A stretch of DNA of 64,000 bases from the human T2T-CHM13v2.0 reference genome, Homo sapiens (GCF_009914755.1 NC_060927.1), one strand, 5' to 3'. Shown: positions 16,520-32,188, numbered from the stretch's first letter. Numbers and translations: made by a program. Notes: generated by a model from the letters alone, not told the origin.

Positions 16520-18770
16520 AAAAGCTGGCAATTTTACTGACATGTGCATCTCCAGGGGTCAGAAACATAGCTATTCATTTTGAAATCATCAGGGTCTTGC
16601 ACCATGTTTGGAATACAGTAGGTGTTAATGAATGTTTGAATAAATAAATGGATAAATAAACTGGAAACAAAAATACCTGGAACGGACCATTATAAGATAG
16701 TGTGCTTCCCCACAGTGACAGTAGGAAAGCTCTCATAGTCCTCATGGCCAAGTGAGAGCCTGATCATGCTGATGATCAGGGCCCAGGGTTCATTGTTTCC
16801 TGGCAGTTGCCACTAGCTCCATCCATCAATGGGCTAGAGAGCACATGATCTCCCTCCAACTAGCCCTTCCAGCTTTATCCTTCGGTATCCCCGACATGAA
16901 CCCTCTCCTTTGGTCCAACTGTTCTACTCATTGTTTTCTGTACACCTTAACTCGCGTTCCTCTCTGTGCCTCTGTTCACATTGAACTTGGAATGTAGTCC
17001 TTTGCATTTCTGCTTATAATATTCTACCTATGTTAAATACCAAAATTCTTCTAGAAGACCTCTTACCCCCAGTCATCCTTATTTTAAGTAAGGCTGTCTT
17101 AGAGTACTTGTTATCTCTTCTACCACATAGCATTGATTATGGGCTCCCTTGTACTGTAGTTATTTCAGAAACTAAGGAATCTATCTCACATATCATTTTT
17201 CCCCTTCAGAAGCATTTAAATTTGATGAATTAACTGATTGATAAATTCGGCATCAAGTATTTATTATTTTTACCATGTAACATGCAGGCATCATGAAGAA
17301 TGCAAAAGTAATTTGAATAATGATTATAGTCTACCAAGGGAGATAGGACACATAAAAGTTGCTGCAGTACAAAGTAAATCGTTAAAAAAATAATGACCCA
17401 TATAAAACATTACAGGGTTAAGAGTGCTGATTCCAGGTTTGGGGATAACAGGAAAGTTTAATTAAAGAGGTGTTATTTTTGCTGGTTTTCAATGAAGAAC
17501 AGGATAAAGACATGGAGAAGAGCATTCCAGGAAAAAGAAACACTTAAACCAACCGTGGGTCTGGAGTACGGAAGTGCTAGAATTTCTGGGAACAGAGAGC
17601 GAGAGAGTGGTTCAATTTGGTTTAGGTCTTGGATATTTGATGGAGTGTTTTAGGAAATAAAGGTAGAAAAAAGATCTGGGATATATTATACAATAAGAAG
17701 TTGTGACTTTTTTCTGCAGTCAAAGGCATTTGAGAAGGAAGTTATGAAGTCATGTTTGATCAGAGCTGTACCTTCAGATTAGATTAGCGTAAGTGAGAAT
17801 ATGCTTTAGAGAAAGAGAGGTACCAAAGGAGGAGTGGATTGCTCCAGTCTATACAGAAGTAATGAGAACAGGATAGTGGGAGTGGGAATTAAGAGGAGAG
17901 GATAGTTTTAAATAGAAAATCCAGATCTGATCAGCTGAATTGGGCATCAGAGTCAGACTTTAATCCTGAGCGACTGTATATGATTTGTTATAAAATAAAC
18001 TGCAGAATACAGAATAAAATACATTTGTAAGGCAAAGTCTTACATTCAGTCATTGACAGAGTGAGGGTGAAGCATTATAGGGAAACCTAGGTGAACATGT
18101 CTCCCATAGCAATAAAAAATGTGGCAGAGACTGGAGGGCTGGAGATAGAGGGGTTGGGAACCATGTTTCTAAAAGTCATAGTTGAAGTCTTGATATTGAA
18201 TGAGAGTGTCAAGGGAGAGAGTATAAACAAGAATAGGGAAGGGTTCCAAAGGCTTATCCCCTAGGAAAGCCTGAACTTAGGGGGTCAGGAGCAGAAAGGG
18301 GAGCCTGATAAGTAGGCAGCAATCAGGTTGTAGATGGAGGAGGAACACCAAGAGAGTGTTGTGTTATAAATGTCAACAGAAGAGGAGATTTTCAAGAAAG
18401 GGTCATCTGTTACATTAAATGTTGCAGAGCTGTAAAGGTGAAAGGGAATTTGGCTTGTTACTAAATAATCCGATAATGACTTCTGATAGTCTAGCTTCAG
18501 TAAATTAGTAGAAGGCAAACACCAGATTACAAGGATTTAAGAATGTGTGGGGAATAAAGGAGTGGAGGCTGCAAAGTATTTGGAAAATTTGATGGTAAGG
18601 GGAGACTCAGTAAGGTAGTGATAAGGGTAAAGAGACCCAGGACAACATTTCAAGAAAGGAGGAAGATCCCCTCACCTTTTTGTGTGTGTTTGTTTTGTTT
18701 TGAGAAGGAAGAGACTATTGACAGGCTTAGCTGAAGGTGAAGATGCAAGAGACAAGAGTCAGCTGAAGAC
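16520..18770. mobile_element. L2 fragments on both strands
   Basis: L2 3' tail gtaggtgttaatgaatgtttgaataaataaatg at ~16618-16655; purine-rich minus-strand L2 body 17240-18770. Confidence 0.55.
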
Positions 18771-20308
18771 TGATCTTCAGAGGGCTCTCTCATAAAGATT
18801 TCTAAGGCTGTCTACACCAGAACACACAAAAAATAATCATCACAGCAAGTCTTTCCCTTTTACATTATTAAACAAAACACTTAATAGTAGTATTTTGAGA
18901 TATTAATTGTAAACAGATAAATTAGAAGATGAAATAACTCACCATATTAAGGATTACAAAAGAATTGTTCAGATAAAGGTTAATTTCTCAAGGGTTTCTT
19001 CACAGATCATTAAATGCTCAATAGTGTGAAGAACTAAAAGCTGTAGTATTCCAATCCAATGCTGATAAAATATCACCAGAAATTAAGATAAAACAAACCA
19101 AAACTACAGAGCTAAAAGGGACATTTATATTTTGTGATTTAAAGTTCACATTTAAAATATGAATTTTTTATTCATATTTACCACTTTACCAAAATTTTTA
19201 ATTCATATTTATTTACTTTACCAAAAAGGAAGCTAAATCACCCTTCTGTTCTATTTAATATAAAATACCTGGGACCCTGAATGTGCCCAGCTACTCATTT
19301 TGTGCCTGCTGGGAAAGCCCCATCAGAAAAGTCATTTGGATCACCTGAGTGGGCTAGAAGGCAGCATGAAGATGAATCATCACTGTAGAAAGTTCTGAAT
19401 GCATGCTGTCTTCAAGAAAATTAATTATGCATCTGTAGTGTTCATTTTTACTGTATAATGCTATATGAAAATGTTGTATAAGATTAAAAAAAACCCTTAA
19501 GTTCTATAACCATTTTTAGCACAGCAAAGGTGATATAGCACCTATTTAGAGAGAGCACTCTAGTGTTTCAATTATTGTACACACTGCTGTAGGTGCTTTC
19601 AGGGCTTAGTAACTATATAGGGCTAAAGTATTAGACAGGGGCAAGAAAATTCTTAGAATGAAAGTCATATATTTGAACTCTGAAGAGTTGCAGAGGGACC
19701 CAGTCAAGTATTCATTTCAGTTTTGACCAGCACTTACATTTGAGGAAATTATCCAGAGCTGGAAAAATAACCACTCAAAAGGAACAGATGGAATAATGCA
19801 CAGCATTCACACAGGGCCAGGATTAGTATCTGATCCCACTAGCTAGACTGGAAAATGTTATAATTTACAGGACGCTGGGTAGACTATTTAAAGGTTCTTG
19901 CCTTTACAGTGAACAATAATGCCCTAAATGAAACATGGCTCTGATCCTGCCTAACAAATTTTAAAAGCAAGACCTAAAAGGATCGAACTGTTTTGAAGTA
20001 TTTTAATTGCATCTGAGAACAAAGCTCAAGAATCTTTTTGAGGTTCAAAAATATTCTGCATTCAACAGGTAAAATCACAACATCTGACATCCCATCAAAA
20101 ATTATCAGGTATGCAAAGAAGTAGGAACTTATGACCTGTAATGAAAAAAAAAATCAATCAATTGAAACCAATCCAGAACTGGTATAGATGTGAGAATTAG
20201 CACTTATGTCATTTAAACAGTTATTATAACTATGTTGTATGTTCAATAAGATAAGTAGGGACATGGAAGACATAAAAAGACCCAAATCAACTTATAGAGA
20301 TGGAAACT

Positions 20309-20468
20309 GGCCAGGTGCCGTGGCTCATGCCTGTAATCCCAGTGCTTTGGGAGGTTGAGGTGGGAGGGTCCCTTGAGCTCAGGAGTTTGAGGCAGTGGAG
20401 AGCGATGATTGTGCCACGGCACTCCAGCCTGGGTGACAAAGCAAGATTCCATCTCTAAAACAAAAACC
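20309..20468 (+). mobile_element. Alu monomer (FRAM-like or arm recombinant)
   Basis: ggccaggtgccgtggctcatgcctgtaatccc...gcactccagcctgggtgacaaagcaagattccatctc plus A tail, ~160 bp. Confidence 0.85.
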
Positions 20469-21301
20469 AATGCAGATGAAAATCACAATGTCTGAGACGA
20501 CACTGGGTGGGATTAATGGCAGATTGGACATTGCAGAAAAAAATAATGAACTTGAAGATATAGCAATAGAAACAATTCAAAAGTAAACACAGAGAAAAAG
20601 GAACAAAAAAATAAATAGTGTAATCAGTGAGCTGTGGAACAACTTCAAGTAGCTTAATATAGCTGTAACTGTAGTTCCTTAAAAAATGCAGAAAAGTATT
20701 TTTAAAAAGATGTTGTAAGCTTCCCAAATTTAGTGAATTATAAACCCACAGATCCAAGAAGTACAATGAAACCCCAAACCAAGCAATTTGAAGAAAACTG
20801 CATAAAGCAGATTATTAAACTGTATAAAAATATTGATGAAGAGAAAGTCTTACAGGCATGAAGAGAAAGAAGACACATTATGTACAGAGGAACAAATATA
20901 AAGATGAGAGGAGACTTTTCACCAGAAACAACGCAAGTGAGGAGACAGTGACTCAACATCTTCAAGTGCCAAAAAGAAAAACTGTCACATAGAATTATAT
21001 ACCCAGTGAAAATATCCTTGAGAAACAGGATAAAATAAGGACATTTTTAGACATACAAAAGTCTGAATTATTCATCATTAGCAGAGTCACACTACAAGAA
21101 ATGTGAAAGGAATTTGTGCAATCAGAAGGAAAAAGACATCAGATAGAAATATTGATCTACACAAGAAATGAAGAACATGAAATGGTAACTACATGAGTAA
21201 ATACATAAGATATTTTTCTTATTATTTAAATATTTTAAAAGAAAATTAAATATTAAAAGAAAACAATGACAATGTAGTGTATGGTTTGTATTAAACATAT
21301 G

Positions 21302-21905
21302 GTGGTAGGCAGAATTCTAGAAATGTTTCCCAAGATTCCATTCCCTAATCCCCAGAACCATTGAATCTGATGATAATATCATTCCTGTGATTATGTTGTA
21401 TTCTACAGCACAGCTGAGTTTAAGATAGGGAGGTTACCCAGGTGGACCTGACTAACTATATGAGTCCATTTAAACAGAGTTTCCTCCATTTGTTATCAGA
21501 AGGGGAAGGCAGAGGTATTGAATACCTCAATATTGAATACCGCAAGAAAGACTGGGTGCATTGATTTGTTTGTAGATAAAAAGGTTCAAATGCAAGGACC
21601 AGAGAGTGGCTGCAATGACCTGAAAGTAAACCCTGGTCAACAGTCAGCTAGGAAATGGGAACTTGATTTCTAAAACCATAAGGAACTATAGTCTGTTAAT
21701 AACAGAAATGAGCTTGCAGCAAGACCCACACTCGAGATGAGAATACAGCTGGCTGATATCTTGATTTCGACATTGTGAGAACCTGAACAGAAAATCCAGC
21801 GAGGTCATTCCAGACTTACAGAAGTCTGAGATAATAAATGGGTGTTATATTAAGCCTCTAAGTTTATGGTAATTTATTATGCAGAAAACCAAAGAGAAAA
21901 CTGAC
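21302..21905 (+). mobile_element. MLT1E-like MaLR solo LTR
   Basis: gtggtaggcagaattctag start; ataataaatgggtgttatattaagcctctaagtttatggtaattt end motif. Confidence 0.75.
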
Positions 21906-24459
21906 ATAAATAGACAAATAATAGACATATGTAGAAGTAAAATGTATGACAAAAATAACACAGAGGCTGAAATGGGCAAAATAAAACTACACTGTTTAAG
22001 CAATCTTACGGTATATGTAAGTTGTATATTATCACTTGAAGGTAATCTGTGATATGTTAAAGACGTACACTGTAAACTGTAAAGCAAATACTAAAATAAT
22101 AAATTATTATTGTTAATATTGCCAATAAAGGAGACAAGATGGAATCATAAAAATATTCAGTTAATTCAGAATAAGGCAGAAAATAAACAAGAGAGCATAG
22201 ATCATATGTGAAAAATAGAAAAAAGTATCAAGATAATAAGTTTAAATCTAACCATATCCATAGTTAACACTAGTTGTAAATGGACTAAACACCCCAATTA
22301 AAAGGCAGATATTTTCACATTATATATATATGCTGGTTAAGAGAAATGCACCTTAAGTGTAAAGACACAAGAAGGTCAAAACTAAAAGGATAGAAAAAAA
22401 TATATTGACAATAGTCAAAAGGAAGCTAGGGTGGCTATATTAATAATAGACAAAGTAGATTTCAGATTTTATCCTGAGATAAAGTAAGGTACTTTATACT
22501 GATAATGATGTCAATTTACCAGAAGAAAAGAACATTCCTGAATGTTCATACGCTCAATAACAGAGCATCAAAATACTGGAATCAAAAACCGATAGAACTG
22601 CAAGAACAAATAGACATATCCACAGTTATAATCAGATATTTCAGGATCATTCTCTCCACAATTGATAGAACAAAGAGACAGAAAATCAGTAAAAATATAA
22701 GAAACTTGGACAAAACAATCAAATGACTTAATTCATATTAAGAAGTATTTATACAGAACTTCACCTGAAAAAGCAGCATAGATATTTACTTTCAAGTGTA
22801 TATAGAATATTTACAAAGATCATATTCTGGGCCACAAAACGTATCTCAATAAATTTAAAAAGAATTAAAGTTTTACAAAGTCTGTTCTCTGGCTACAATG
22901 AAATTAAATTAGAAATCAATAACAGAATGATTTTCTGGCAAATCCTCAAATATTTGGAAACTAAATAAGACACTTCTAAATTGCCCATTGGGTCAAAGAA
23001 ACGATCAAAAGGGATCAAGCTTGATGAGTCAGTAGGAAAAAATGTAAAAAAAGAGAGCTCAAAAGGGAAATAAGAAAGTACTATGAACTGAATGAAAATG
23101 AAATTACAACATATGAAATCGGTGGGATGCTGATAAATCAGAAATTATAAAAAATTTAAAGCACTAAGCAAAGAAATTAAAAACATTCAGTTTGGAAAGG
23201 AAGAAAGGAAACCATCTTTATTCATAGACAATATAATCTTCCATGCAGAGAATCCAATGGAATCTACAAAAAGCTATAAGAACTGAGTTAGCCAGATGGC
23301 AGGATACATTAGTATGCAAACATCAGTTGTATTTGTACATACTAACAATGAACATGAGAAATTGAAAAAAATCATTTAAAATAGCTTCAAAAGTATGAAA
23401 ATACCGCTGTATTTGATAAAAGGTGAGCAAGATCTGTTTACTGAAATCTAAAAAATATTACTGGGAAAAACTCAACAATGGAGAGATATACAATGTTCAT
23501 ATGTCAGAAGAATCAATGTTGCTATAAGGTCATTTCTCCCCAAATTGATCTAAAGATTTAATGCAATCCCAATAAAAATTCTCACAGGCTTTTATATGTG
23601 AATTGCCAGCTAATTTTAAAATTCAAATAGAAAATGCAAAAGATCTAAAATAACCAAGACAGCTTTATAAATTACATATAGACATTATAAATGACAGTAA
23701 CTAAGACAGTGTGATATTGGTATGGACAAATGAATGGACAAATGGACAAATGGATGAATATAATAAAGAGTCCAAAATTAGACATATTTAGAGATAACTG
23801 ATTTTTTTTTTAAAAGATGCCAAAGCAATTCAGTGGAGAAAGGATGGACTTCTCAACAAATGGTGGTGGAACAGTTGGATATTCATAAGCAAAACAAGAG
23901 CTTTGATTTATATCTTACACTATATGTAAAACTTGATTCAAAATGGGCTATAGATCTAAATGAAAGAACTGAAATTATAAAACTTTTAGAAAAAACATAG
24001 AGAAAATCTTTTTAAACCTAGATTAGGCAGAGATTTTTAAGATATGGCACTCAAAGCTCAATCTATAAAAATACATTTATATATCAGACAATCAAAATTA
24101 TAAGCCTTTCTTGAAAGACACTGGTAAGAGAACAAATAAACAAGCCACAGCCTGGCAGAAAATATTTGCAAGTCATAGCTGATAACAGACTTGTATCAAG
24201 AATAGTTAAAGATCTCTAAAAATCCAACAATCAAAAAACACCCAATGAAAATTGGAAAGAAGATTTCAAATGACACTTCACCTAAGAAGATCTATAGAGA
24301 GCAAATAAGTATATGAAAAGATGTTCAACATCATTTGTTATTGAGAAATGCAAATTAAAGTAACTGACCATAACAAATGTTGGTGAGGATATGGAGGAAC
24401 TATAACTCTCTTATGCTGCTGATGGGTATGTAAAATGATGTAACCTCTATGGAAGACAG

Positions 24460-24908
24460 TGTGGGCTAAGCTGAATAGTGGCCCTCAAAGAGGCTTATAT
24501 CCTAATCCCTGGAGTCTGTGAATCTGTTATGTGGTAAAAGGAAATTTGCAGATGTGATTACATGAAAAATTTTGAAAATTAAAGAGATTATCGTGAATTA
24601 CTCAGGTGACATCAATGCAATCACAAGGGTCCTTAGAAGAGGGAGATAGGAGAATCAGAGCCAGTAGCTGGAGGTGTGAACACAGAAGTATGAGGTTAGA
24701 ATGTCCTGAGGAATGGGCCATGATCTAAGGAATGCAGGCAGGTTGGAAGTTAAGGAAAGCAAAAGAATTTGCCCCTGAAGCCTCCAGAAAGAACATAGCC
24801 TGGGTGACATCTTGATTTTAGACTTTTGACCTCTAGAGCTGTAAGAGACAAATTGGTGTTGTTTAAAGCTGCTCAGTTTGTGGCAATTTGTCACAGCAAT
24901 ATTAGGAC
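24460..24908 (+). mobile_element. MLT1D-like MaLR solo LTR
   Basis: gctgaatagtggccctcaaagagg...tttgcagatgtgatta...tttgtggcaatttgtcacagcaat. Confidence 0.8.
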
Positions 24909-26689
24909 TGGCAGATTCTTAAACTGTTCAATATACACCTACAAGTATCCTAGTCCCTCTACTCCCAGATATTTAGGTTAGAAAAATGAAAGCATATGCC
25001 TATTCAAAGCTTATATATGAATGTTTGCAGCAGCTTCATTGGTGTAACTGCCAAAACTTGGAAACTAGCCAAATGTCACAGGTGAGTGGTTAAAGAAATC
25101 ATGATATATTCATACAATGGGATATTACCAAGCAATAAAAAGAATGAATTATTGATAGACACAACAACGTGGATTACTCAGAATTATTACACTGTTTAAA
25201 GAAGCTGGAGAAAAGAGTACAGTATAATTCCACTTTTAAAAATTCTGGAAAATGTAAACTGCAGTGACAGATCAGTATTTGCTTAGAAATGGGGAAGGGT
25301 GAGAGAACAGGAAAGAGTGGAAGGGAAGGATTACAGAAGATCATGAGGAAACATTTTGGGGGTGATGGATATGCTCATTGTCTTGATTGTGTGATGGTTT
25401 TATAGGAATATACATCATCAAAACTTATCAAATTGTATACTTAAAATATGTGAATTTATTGTATGTGAATTACACCTAAAACAAAAACAATGACAAAGCA
25501 TACATACCTTTACAACAAAGGTTGTTATGAAGCTTAAATGAGCTATTATGCATATAACACTTGCTAAAATTCCTGACACAGAGTAAGCATTAAATAAAGT
25601 CCAGCTGTTATTATTTTTTAGTTCAGAGGGGGAAGTGCTAGAGCAGTAATTGTGAATTACCAATAGTCTTTTGAAAGAAATGTCAAGTCGAATTTCCTCA
25701 CAGTAGATATGGGAAAAAAATGAGGAACAGATATCAAATTTAGAATTTTATTAAATATATTGCACAAAAATATGTTGCAATAAGAGTGTGGCTTGATAAT
25801 ACTCTTTCTATTTTAGGGTAGGAGCTGTGAAATTCTTTCTTGTTCTTGGTATATAAAGTTTGCTTACTGAGTGGCAAGGGTTCTATCATATTCTTCTTGG
25901 ACACAGTAGCTGCTTAGCAAATATCGGTCAGATTGAACAGAATTAATAGTCATCTCTGTCTTTCTAATCCAGGAACCTGAAATTCATGGCCACATGTGCT
26001 ATGCAGTTAATTAACCTCAAAACAATTTTGGAGATTCCTTGCCTCAAGACACTTATTCTTCCCTGATGTAAAATATTTAGGTAATGATAGACATGAAACA
26101 GTGACTTATGCAAAGAACATACCTGGGAAACTCCAGAAACTGTAGGGGGAAGTGTCTAGGAGAGGTGAGGTTGGATTTGGCTGGGTTTGGCGGGGTACTT
26201 TCATTTCTCATGGTTTCCACATGTTCTTTCCTGAGTGGAGTAGACTCTTCATCAGCCAATAGATATTTGTATCTTCTTCTCTAGTTTTCGTTCTTGCTGG
26301 GGGTAGGAGTTGGGTACTGCTGTGTGGAATGAAAATTATTTCTTCCACATTGTGCCTACTCTGAAATTTGTCTCTCACATGGCACTAAGTAACTCCACGC
26401 TGGTTGCATGATAGGCCATAGAAAGGTTTAACAGCCACACTTGGTTTCTCCTCCACAGCTAGTTTTATCACACAACATTATCACTTTGAGAGCATATTAC
26501 TTAATCAATAAAATCCCAAAGTATAATTGTTTGTAACTGGTCAAGTTTACCATCTCAGTGAGGGTAGGACTGTAAATCTTTAGTGTTCTTCAGGATTGAC
26601 TGAAAAACTTGCCCATCACAACATAGATCTTAATCTGTGGTATAGATCTTAATTAAAAAAATGTTTTCTCATTATAAAGGCACTACATG

Positions 26690-27180
26690 AAGAAGACACT
26701 TTTTATATATAATTAACATATGAAAGATGCTCATTCTCCTTAATAATCAAGGGAATGTGGATCAAAATCATAATGAGACATGACGAAGTTGACAAAGATT
26801 TTACTCAAGTGTTGGTGAGGATATGGAGTAAAAACAACTTTAATATACTGCAAGTGGGAGTATGAACTGACACAGTCACTTTGAAAACAGTTTGGTATGC
26901 CTGGTAAAACTGAACTTGTGTGTGCTCTTTGATATAGCAATTTCACTGGAAACTCTTCTTGCATGTGTGTACTCAGACATAAAAAATTACAAAAACCCAT
27001 ACATGGATAAGTCGATTGAAGTATATTCATATAAGGAAATACTACAGAGCAGCAAAAATACATGAATTACAGCTACATGCATCAACATGAATAAATCTCC
27101 AAAATATAAAGTTGAGAGAAAGAAGGAGGACATGGAAGAATACATAAGCAGATGCTAAATTCCATTTCAAACATGTTAAA
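26690..27180 (+). mobile_element. L1ME-like 3' fragment
   Basis: caagtgttggtgaggatatggag and ctacatgcatcaacatgaataaatctc motifs. Confidence 0.6.
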
Positions 27181-27450
27181 TGTGAAGTGCTTACTGAACA
27201 TCTTTGTGGAAATATCCAGGTTATGGGTGGAAATGCGGATCTGAAGCTCAAGATTCAGGTAATAGATATGGGCAGTATTTAATGAAGTGAGAACTGAAGC
27301 CATGAGTGAGATGGCAAAGGAGATAGAGGTAAGGTGGGTGATGGTAACCACTCTAATGAACTTCTGAGTTTAGTGAGTGGAATGATGAAATAGAAAAGGA
27401 GAGGTTAGGTAGGAAAAAGACATTGTGGTGTCAGAGGCTGAGGGCAGAGT

Positions 27451-27625
27451 TAGGACAAACTATATAATGTGCAGGGCCTCGAGCAAAATAACATTGTGGG
27501 GCTTGTTAAAAATTTATTAGGAATTTCAAAATGGAAACAGGAGAGGCTTAAACCAAACACAAAGTTTTTCTAAGCCTGGGGCCCTGGGTTATTGCATAGA
27601 TTGCACATCTGTGAAGCTGGTCCTG
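27451..27625 (-). mobile_element. MER45A-like hAT MITE
   Basis: Reverse complement caggaccagcttcacagatgtgcaatctatgcaataacccagggcccc matches the MER45 start; ~175 bp. Confidence 0.55.
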
Positions 27626-28019
27626 GGAAGAATTTTGGGAAGCAGCAATCAATGGGGTGAAATATGTCAGAGGGATTGAGAAAAAAGAAGAAGGAAAAAA
27701 ATGTAAACACTTAAATCCTTTTTGCTCCTCTGATTATGGATGTAATATTCATTATAGAAAATGTAGAAAATATAAAAATGTATTAAAATATCTGTAATTT
27801 TATACTCTTAATAACCCTTAATCTTTACTGTCTAACCTTTACTGTTTTTGTGATTTTTTCCCCCACTCACTTCCTGAACAGACACACACCGGCATATCAA
27901 CATTTTAATTGGCACTGTACTCTATACTTTTTGTTACTTTTTAAAATTTAACAGTGCATCATAGGGATTTCCCCATGTCCTTAAATGTTCTTGGTGAAAA
28001 TGATTGTTAATTAAAAAAG

Positions 28020-29400
28020 CTAGATGACTAATTGGTCATTGGTGACTTTGGAGAGGCTGACTTTGTTAGTCAAATGCCACATAAGTGAGGAATAAATGAA
28101 AGTTGAAGTGGAGGCATCAAGTATAGACACTTTCAAGAAGTTTGATGGTTGCAAAAGATACAGGAAAGGTGGTACCTCATGGAAGTAGAATGGTTAAGGA
28201 AACTTGGTATGAGTGTAGGAAATCTGAATGTAATTGCAGGCTGAGAAATAATTCCAGAGAGGAAGAGATGAATGTGATGACTGATGGAACACATTCTTGG
28301 AAGAGTTGGGACGACAGTGGACAATGTAGTAGCAGGACAGAAATGCCCTCTTCTGAAAAGTAGTAAAGTAAAGAATGGACTGCATGTGCTAAAAGTACAG
28401 AAAAGAAAAGATAATTAAATTTGCATCATGTAGAACATTATTAGGAAACTGGAAGACGACAGAGAGGGTAGACTTTGAGGTTACTGATAACACTTTGCTA
28501 TGGCAAAAGTGATAGAGGCTCATCCAGAGATAAGTTCTAAAATTGTGAACAGCAGTGAGAGCCCTCCTGAGGCTAGAGAAGGATGATTTTGGAATGAAAA
28601 TAAGTGACCCAGGTTCAAGATTTTCTTTGGTAATATTCAGCAGCATATTCTGGGTACTAATGGGAATAATCTTCAAGTTGTTCACTGTTAGAACCAAGAG
28701 TGGGTAAGGAAGCATGTCAAGGAGGAAGTGAGGTAATTAAGGAAATCGAGGGATGAACAGGTTGAAGGCTATGACTTAGCAGCAATTCCAGTAGATGTGA
28801 GAGAAGAAGGATACGTTATGGTCAAAGAAGGAAAATTTAGAGTTAAAAATCTCATAAGGAAGTAATTCTGCAGTGTCAGATGCAAGGGCAAATTTTGGAT
28901 GGGTACATAAGTGAGGGGTGCAGAGGTGGTGTAAGAAAGTTGAGTTGGAGCATGAAGGGGCCATCTGTATGGATATTGAGATTAACAAGATGTTGCCATG
29001 GAACGAGTTGGGAGATTTTCAGCCAAAGGCAAAACTATCAAAGAAGACACTGAAGGGCCCAGACATGGATTGAAAACAGCAACAAGGAGGGAGCAAGGGC
29101 CTAGGGAAGTATGTTTCAAAAGGCCAGGCATTGCTGAGAGCTCATGGTAGAATGGTGGTATGGAAGTGGCTGGGAAGAGATAAGAGTATATTGCCTCCTA
29201 AGTAATGATAATTCTTAGGAGTGGCAGGAGTAGACAACACTGGGGAGTTTTGACCTACTGTGAAGTCAAGGTGAGGGGAAGAATAATCCAAGAGGAGCTT
29301 GAGGATGTAGGTAAGCTTGTTCACAGTCAGTTGGATTCTACAGGCCACAATGTTGGGTTTTGGCCTACACATCTGGTGTCTACTGGGAGTCCATGTACTC
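28020..29400 (-). mobile_element. L2 body fragment
   Basis: ggtcattggtgactttggagagg L2 motif; long purine-rich decayed tract. Confidence 0.5.
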
Positions 29401-32020
29401 ATATCTATCTCTGACCTCTGGTTTACAGCACCCCTACTATATCACCATTAAATACCCTCTTCAATTAATATTCCTCAAGTCTTCAAAGTCTCCCATTTTT
29501 TACAGCATACCTGTTAGTTTGAGGAGTGACAGGAAAGATTCTACAGAGACTGCCAGACGTGTTAAATGGGTTGGCAAGAATAACAGAGTAAGTCACTGTT
29601 GAATCCAGAAGAGGAAAAGATAGTAACAAGCGACAACAGCAATAACAATGAGGAACTCAAAACAAGTGTCTGGTTGGTGAAGAGCATAGATGAGTCCAGC
29701 ACTCTCATATTTTGTCTTTGCTTCTCCCTTTAAAGTATCTGTGCAGTATAGACAAGAGTCAAACTGAAAACAAGGTTTTCTTAAGCGCTTTGTGGAGTGT
29801 GGCTACTGTCTTTGATGTTCATGAGAAATCAGAACTTTTAGTAATAGCAATTGAAACCCAGACATACCAAAGTAAGGAGAATGAAATTTTTGAATAGATA
29901 TTAATGTTGATGTTGGCTTTACCTTTAAGCACATATGTTACCCATCAATGTTTGAATTGTAGGCTGTCACTCTTTATATATGTATGTCCTTTGTTCTCTT
30001 ATTCCAGGGTGCTTTGAGCACATTCTATAAATTTTTTTCCAGCAACTCTATGCAGCCTAGGAACAAGGATGGAGAAATTAGATGCAGAAATGTAATAAGT
30101 CTTGAGGATTAGTAAAGGCACTACCCCTTTCTATTTAAAAGAGGCTTAGATTTATGGTTTGAGTAATTTTTAAAGTATGACATTTTAAACTCCATACATT
30201 TTTATTAGGTTGTAAAGTCTACTTTATGTCACCAGATAACAATGTCTTGAAACATGGAACCATTAAAAGATTATGTAGTGTATGATGCACAAACAAACTG
30301 TGGAATTCACAGGTACATGTGATTTGGCATAGGTGCTATAACAAGATAAAGTTATTTGATAGCTTTTCCAATGAAATAGTAAACAATGAACACTATCCCT
30401 CCATATAGCAAATAAAAGTCTAACTGATTAATGCATTTCATATATATTTTTTACAGTGCAGACAAATAGGATTTATATAATTTTGTCAATAAAAGATTTA
30501 AGCCAGTTATCAGTCTTCAAGTGTTTGTGATGGATTATTATGTGATAGACATTGAGATGGAAAAGAATCTATTCTTGTTTCTAGAGGAACTCTAACTAGA
30601 GGGACAGTGCACACAGACACACACACCAATCAAACGTTGACTTGAGAGAGGAAAAGTGATTCATTAAAGACCCCCTACAAGATGATCTATTTACTCACTG
30701 GGTTCTAAGAAACTGAAGCAATTGAATCTTTCAGAGATTTCTGTTGCATTTTGATTGTCTGTCTAAGAGGCCTAGTTTTACTGAATTTATTTTCTCATAC
30801 TATTATTATTATTAATTTTAAAGTTGACCATTTTTACCTTCATTTATAAATGATACTTGTTATGGTAAGGAATCATGACGTCAAAGATTCTGAGAGCAAA
30901 CAGACTCTGGAGGCCACATAGTTCTAGAGATGAGGGCATTGAATCCCAGAGAGGTGATGGGTCTGGGCCAAGGCTTCATAGCTCTGCTAGTTGACAGTAG
31001 AGGCAGAACTTCTGTAGGGATCCTTAGCAGTACCGAAGGTGTTGGTCACTAAGCTGTACCTAGTGCACGGATGTGGGGAGTTGTGCTTCTGTGACTGTAG
31101 AAGAAAGAGTGGGGGAAAAAGGGAAGTTAAACCCTATCCTCCAGTTAACTAGAGAAGGGAAACTAGAAATTGATGAGAAGAGCAAGTATCAAAAAGATGC
31201 TAAGAGAGCCTGAATCTCTAGATCCTTGATTTGGTCATAATTCCAAAGAAAGGACTTAAATGTGTTGAATTTGAGAAGTTATTAAGATTTGGTGTTGACA
31301 CTATAAGTTAAGTATTAATGAAAAAGTTACCAAGTATTGCATTTTAATATTCTTTTTTTCTTTTAAATTGCTAGCCAGAAATCACCTTTGAAATATGTGT
31401 TCTGTATAATAATTAAGCATTTATTTTAAAATAGAGCTCTGTTTTATTGTACCAGATAAGGAAGCACACTTATTTCCATCTCAGTAAACTGTACCTGAAA
31501 CGTGGTTAGTGAACTGAAAATCAAGACCATTACTTCATCTTGCTGAGATATTTTTGGAGCTAATTATCAACAAGTCTTATAATTTTAGGTTATCACATTT
31601 GATATCCATGATATCTAGGTCCCTATGGAAGCTATGGAAGTTCTTGATAAATGGGTTAAGTAGCAAAGAGATAAGAATGAGCCCTGTGTCAAGCCACTGG
31701 GCAACTAACTCAGGTGGGCACAGATTCTGAGCCTGGGGAGTTTAGTCATTCAACTCTACGTTAAACCACTGAAAGCCACTAGCATTTAGCCTCTACTTCT
31801 TCACTGGTATTCATGGAGATTATGAAAGACGAAATGTATTATAAACTCTAAATACACAATAGTTATGGAGTTCTGCTCTTATACTTAGTTGAATTCTCAA
31901 AAATGGAAATGAACTCAGCCTCATATAATGTGTTCTTAGTGCATCCACGATGTCTTCTAGTGACCTATCATTTCCCCTTCTTAAGTTCACAAGCTATCTG
32001 TTTATTAATGTCGTGGATAA

Positions 32021-32188
<168 letters not shown>

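Larger units (their letters stand above)
19600..25480 (+). mobile_element. Old L1M (MC/MD-like) with internal deletions, interrupted by an Alu monomer and two MLT1 LTRs
   Basis: Decayed ORF1 (~20480-21150), EN region (22270-23165), RT/C-terminal remnants, 3'UTR ggggtgatggatatgctcattgtcttgattgtg...aaattgtatacttaaaatatgtg. Confidence 0.75.
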